A stretch of DNA of 63,453 nt, filler included, from Nemertoderma westbladi (lineage: Eukaryota; Animalia; Xenacoelomorpha): assembly GCA_032718475.1 (NCBI GenBank). It is 4 parts of 4 records of this genome, joined end to end, with 100 filler letters (N's around TTAATTAATTAA, not from the genome) between each part and the next. Parts side by side here need not be neighbours in the genome. Positions count along the whole stretch, not along the records: positions 57,454 to 63,453 come from JAUCBJ010003168.1; 3 more parts are not named here. The stretch is one strand, 5' to 3'. Position 1 is the stretch's first letter. Each line of letters starts with the position of its first letter. Below, in pieces: positions 60,312 through 63,453 of the stretch. The translations under genes and the position numbers were made by a program. The notes beneath the pieces were generated by a model. That model saw only the letters and a list, made by a program, of their open reading frames with translations. It had not been told where the DNA came from and searched no databases.

Positions 60312-62990
60312 ATGCCTCAGTATTTTTTCGACGACGGGGATGACGAATGCGTCCAACTGAAGGTTATAATCCCGGTGCAGGAATATAATTACCACGATCT
60401 CGCCTCGTTGGTCGCATTCTTCCTCGGGATCGCTATTGGGATTATCGTGTTCCTCATCCTCGGTTGGTTGGTGTGGCGGACGTGGTGGCGAGCGCGTAAA
60501 CGTCGACGTCAGGAGGAAGTCCTGAAGGAAGAGGAGGAGCGACGACTGCGGAACAGTCGGAAGAAGGAAGTCGAGATGGAGTCGTCGGAGTCCTCCGGGA
60601 TCGGAGAGGAAGACGCCAGTTCTGATGACGAGAAGATCTTCATCCAGCAATGGCTAGATAAATTAAGGAACGAGAGTAGTGCCGACTCTACCTGTAGCGG
60701 GGATACCGATATTCAGGAACTCCGCGCGTTGATTCGACCTCCGGATGTCGGTTCGGTTAGCTCCGTGGCCGTCGTTCTATTGAAACCGAGCGAGGAATCC
60801 GCTCGCACCGAGTTGCTTCGACAGGATTACTCGCTGTTTATGCGGTTCGACGCCGATGTTTGGTCCGAGAGGTTTATGACTTTCCTACAGATAATCCGTT
60901 TGTTGCTGAGCGGGAAAGTCGTCGAAGGGAAAATGGATCACGCGAACTATAAGCGGATTCTCTTTGATCGAGAAACCGCGGTCGAGCAGGATAAACGTGA
61001 CGCCGTGAAGGAGCACCGCAAAGCGCTGCGAAAGTTACGGAAAAACAAAAAGTTGTCAGCTGATATTCAGTTAAGGGAAGATGAGATTCAAAAACTTCAG
61101 AGAAGTCATGTAATTAATATGCATTCGATATTGAAGCAGCATCTACTTGAGATGGTCTATGTGTTGGATGACTATTTGTCTTCTAGGCATATAGAGAGGA
61201 TAGCTAGCGAGTGGACGCAAGGGATGTTGGTGTTAGAGAATAAGTTGTCGAGAGAATTAGTTCGACAGCATCAAGCATTTAGGGAGCGCTTCGAAATTTG
61301 TACCTTCTACTTCCATCGGTACGTCGCCAACTCGCAATACACGTACGAGGTGCTGCGAGGTGCGGCGGCCGAATTGGGGAAGTCGTTGGCGGATACAGGG
61401 AAGATCGAAGCGAGCAAGTTGAACAAACTCGTACAGTATGTGAACAAGGAGATTCTTTCACAAGAGAAAAAGTTTGAGGCCCAGTTGAAAGATGACGAAA
61501 TCGAACTTGTTAATAAACTTAAGAATTCTAGAATGTTAAAGGTTAAAAAACTCATGGAGGAAATGTCGAAGAAAGCCGAGGAGTATCTCGTCAAATCGAC
61601 GAATAAGATCGACGCAGTTAATGAGCTGATGACGGAATTCCACGATTTGTTGGGCCACCAACGAATGGAGATGGACGTTGTCGTTCACGATATCGATAGG
61701 GACGACTTCAATCAGCTGATTGAGTTGCAGACGATGTCTCGAGACCGGGTGCTGGGAGAGATGCGAGCGCTGTGTCTGCGGGAGTTAAGGGAGGCCGGTG
61801 GCAGTCTGGGGGTAGACCCCCAGACTGTGGAGGTCCTGCTGGACAGATACGTGCGAGAGTCGGCCGCGGCTTTCAAGGCCGAACAAGAGCGCGCCTGGGC
61901 CGATCTCAAAGAGAGGTTGAAGGTTGTGGCTGAAGAGGGTAGCGATGAGGCAGACACCGCTGCTGTCGAGATGCAGCAGGTAGTGAACTTACAGGAGCGC
62001 GTTATCTCAATGGTTTGCGCCAATCAGGTGACACTCAACGAGTCTGCCTTGACGAAACTTCGTCTTGAGAACAAACAGAATATGCAAGCGCTGGTTAATC
62101 AGCTGATGTTGTCGCGGTTGAGGCAATATCGCGGCGTCGAATCCAAGTTGCAACGAAACCGGAGGAGATTCTCGGAGACGCGAAGACGATCGGATTCCGG
62201 GAGCAGACGGGAGTCGGAAACAGAGGAGGTTAAAGTGGCGGCGGAACGAGCGAAGCTGAGGTTGCGAGTTCGGGATCGGTTGGCGATGGAGATACAGGAG
62301 GGGTTGGAAGCCGTCGATAAGCACCTGAGCGCCACGTTGGGTGTGCTGTTGGTTAATGTGGCGCGGAGGCGCGCGATGCAACACAGACAGGACGCCACCG
62401 TGCGGGAGCTACAGGAACAGATTATTGAGTCATTAGTAGACGCAGGTGACATCGACGAAGGGAAAGTCGATCGTCTCATAAAGGAGCACGAAGGACGTCT
62501 ACTAAAGGTATCGGAGACTTTCAACTCGACCAAAGAGAAGGCTGTCAAGGGTTTAGAAGATAAATGCGAAGCTCGTAAGTTAGCTAAGGAGCGCTCGTTG
62601 GAGGCTACCTTGGAGCAAGAGACCAAGAAGAAACTACGCGAAGGTTTAAATACAAAGGACGCCTTCGTGCAGATGTTGTTGAGTCAAAGACGACAGAATG
62701 CGTTGACGGATCTTGGTATTGAGTCGGGGGTGGACGCGGCGCGGAGTAAAGATAAGTTGGAACGCGAGTTGCGTGGAACATTACACGAGCAGGTGGAGGG
62801 GGAAGAGAAGGAGTTCCTTGCGCAGTTGGCCGTCGAGGCTGGGATCTCAAGGAAGGACGTGAAGAAAGCGATAAGGGATATGCGGTCATCCAAGGCGCAG
62901 TACGGGATCGCGTTGAGAGAGGAGGAAGATGAATCGGAAGGACTTGCGAAGGATATCGCGACGAGGATGAAGTCAATCAAATCGGGTTGA
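60312..62990 (+). CDS. EVC/EVC2 (limbin)-family ciliary membrane protein, single-exon ORF, 892 aa
   Basis: N-terminal TM helix (LASLVAFFLGIAIGIIVFLILGWLVW) followed by a basic stop-transfer and long coiled coils. Segments FDADVWSERFMTFLQIIRLLL, EFHDLLGHQR, HLSATLGVLLVNVARR, LQEQIIESLVDAG and FLAQLAVEAGIS resemble recalled human EVC and EVC2 sequences; paralogue not resolved. Confidence 0.75.
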   Translation: MPQYFFDDGDDECVQLKVIIPVQEYNYHDLASLVAFFLGIAIGIIVFLILGWLVWRTWWRARKRRRQEEVLKEEEERRLRNSRKKEVEMESSESSGIGEEDASSDDEKIFIQQWLDKLRNESSADSTCSGDTDIQELRALIRPPDVGSVSSVAVVLLKPSEESARTELLRQDYSLFMRFDADVWSERFMTFLQIIRLLLSGKVVEGKMDHANYKRILFDRETAVEQDKRDAVKEHRKALRKLRKNKKLSADIQLREDEIQKLQRSHVINMHSILKQHLLEMVYVLDDYLSSRHIERIASEWTQGMLVLENKLSRELVRQHQAFRERFEICTFYFHRYVANSQYTYEVLRGAAAELGKSLADTGKIEASKLNKLVQYVNKEILSQEKKFEAQLKDDEIELVNKLKNSRMLKVKKLMEEMSKKAEEYLVKSTNKIDAVNELMTEFHDLLGHQRMEMDVVVHDIDRDDFNQLIELQTMSRDRVLGEMRALCLRELREAGGSLGVDPQTVEVLLDRYVRESAAAFKAEQERAWADLKERLKVVAEEGSDEADTAAVEMQQVVNLQERVISMVCANQVTLNESALTKLRLENKQNMQALVNQLMLSRLRQYRGVESKLQRNRRRFSETRRRSDSGSRRESETEEVKVAAERAKLRLRVRDRLAMEIQEGLEAVDKHLSATLGVLLVNVARRRAMQHRQDATVRELQEQIIESLVDAGDIDEGKVDRLIKEHEGRLLKVSETFNSTKEKAVKGLEDKCEARKLAKERSLEATLEQETKKKLREGLNTKDAFVQMLLSQRRQNALTDLGIESGVDAARSKDKLERELRGTLHEQVEGEEKEFLAQLAVEAGISRKDVKKAIRDMRSSKAQYGIALREEEDESEGLAKDIATRMKSIKSG

Positions 62991-63453
62991 AACAAAAACA
63001 TTTTGTGTTAAAAAACGATTTAAATATTCATTACTAGTATTACTACATTTTAATATTAAATATTATTACTAATTTATTTTCTTGTGTTAATTATATTATA
63101 AATAGAATATTGTGTCAGTTTTAATATCATCAAGTAGGTTTTCAGAAAAAAAAACGTAACATTTGGATATTAAAATGCGAAATTAAAAGTAACTATATTA
63201 TTAGCCAGATAGCGCATGCAAACAAACAGGTGAAAGTAGTCAGTTTAACAATGAGCTTTAACTGCCATGAGATGTTTAAACAATCCTTGTTAAAGTCGTT
63301 TATTTTGTAGTACAAGTCGTTTATTTTGTAGTACAAGTGACTAACTGACTAAGTCTATAGTTAGTAAGTCTACAGTATAAATCCCAAAAAAGACAATTGT
63401 GCCCGAATTCACTTGCAACCGAAGTACTAACCTCAGCAAAGCATAGCTTATGC

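Noticed and set aside
60276-63001. Antisense ORFs overlapping the EVC-like gene
   Set aside because: Shadow ORFs of a long, GC-richer coding strand; no independent features.

Overview
Repeat-rich, AT-rich animal (probably invertebrate) genomic scaffold, not prokaryotic. It consists of four contigs joined by 100-nt N-linkers containing TTAATTAATTAA. Host genes supported by the sequence: the first coding exon of a GAF-type cyclic-nucleotide phosphodiesterase (PDE10/5/11-like, minus strand), the last exon of RRP5/PDCD11 (minus), four exons of PSMD8/Rpn12 (plus; 3' end not found), and an intronless 892-aa EVC/EVC2 (limbin)-family membrane coiled-coil gene. The rest is a nested mosaic of decayed LINEs, LTR elements, tRNA-derived SINEs, DNA transposons/MITEs (hAT, piggyBac, pogo, Kolobok-, Sola-, EnSpm-, HINE-like) and large minisatellites. 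Most interesting signals: a covarying RNA structure with a possible pseudoknot shared by two diverged LTR-like copies; a ~17-fold tandem amplification of a real PSMD8 splice donor; a dispersed two-box motif with a variable spacer; a tRNA-like fragment caged in an intronic hairpin; and a 2-kb G-quadruplex-prone array upstream of the intronless EVC-like gene. Protein and TE family assignments come from recalled motifs, not database searches.
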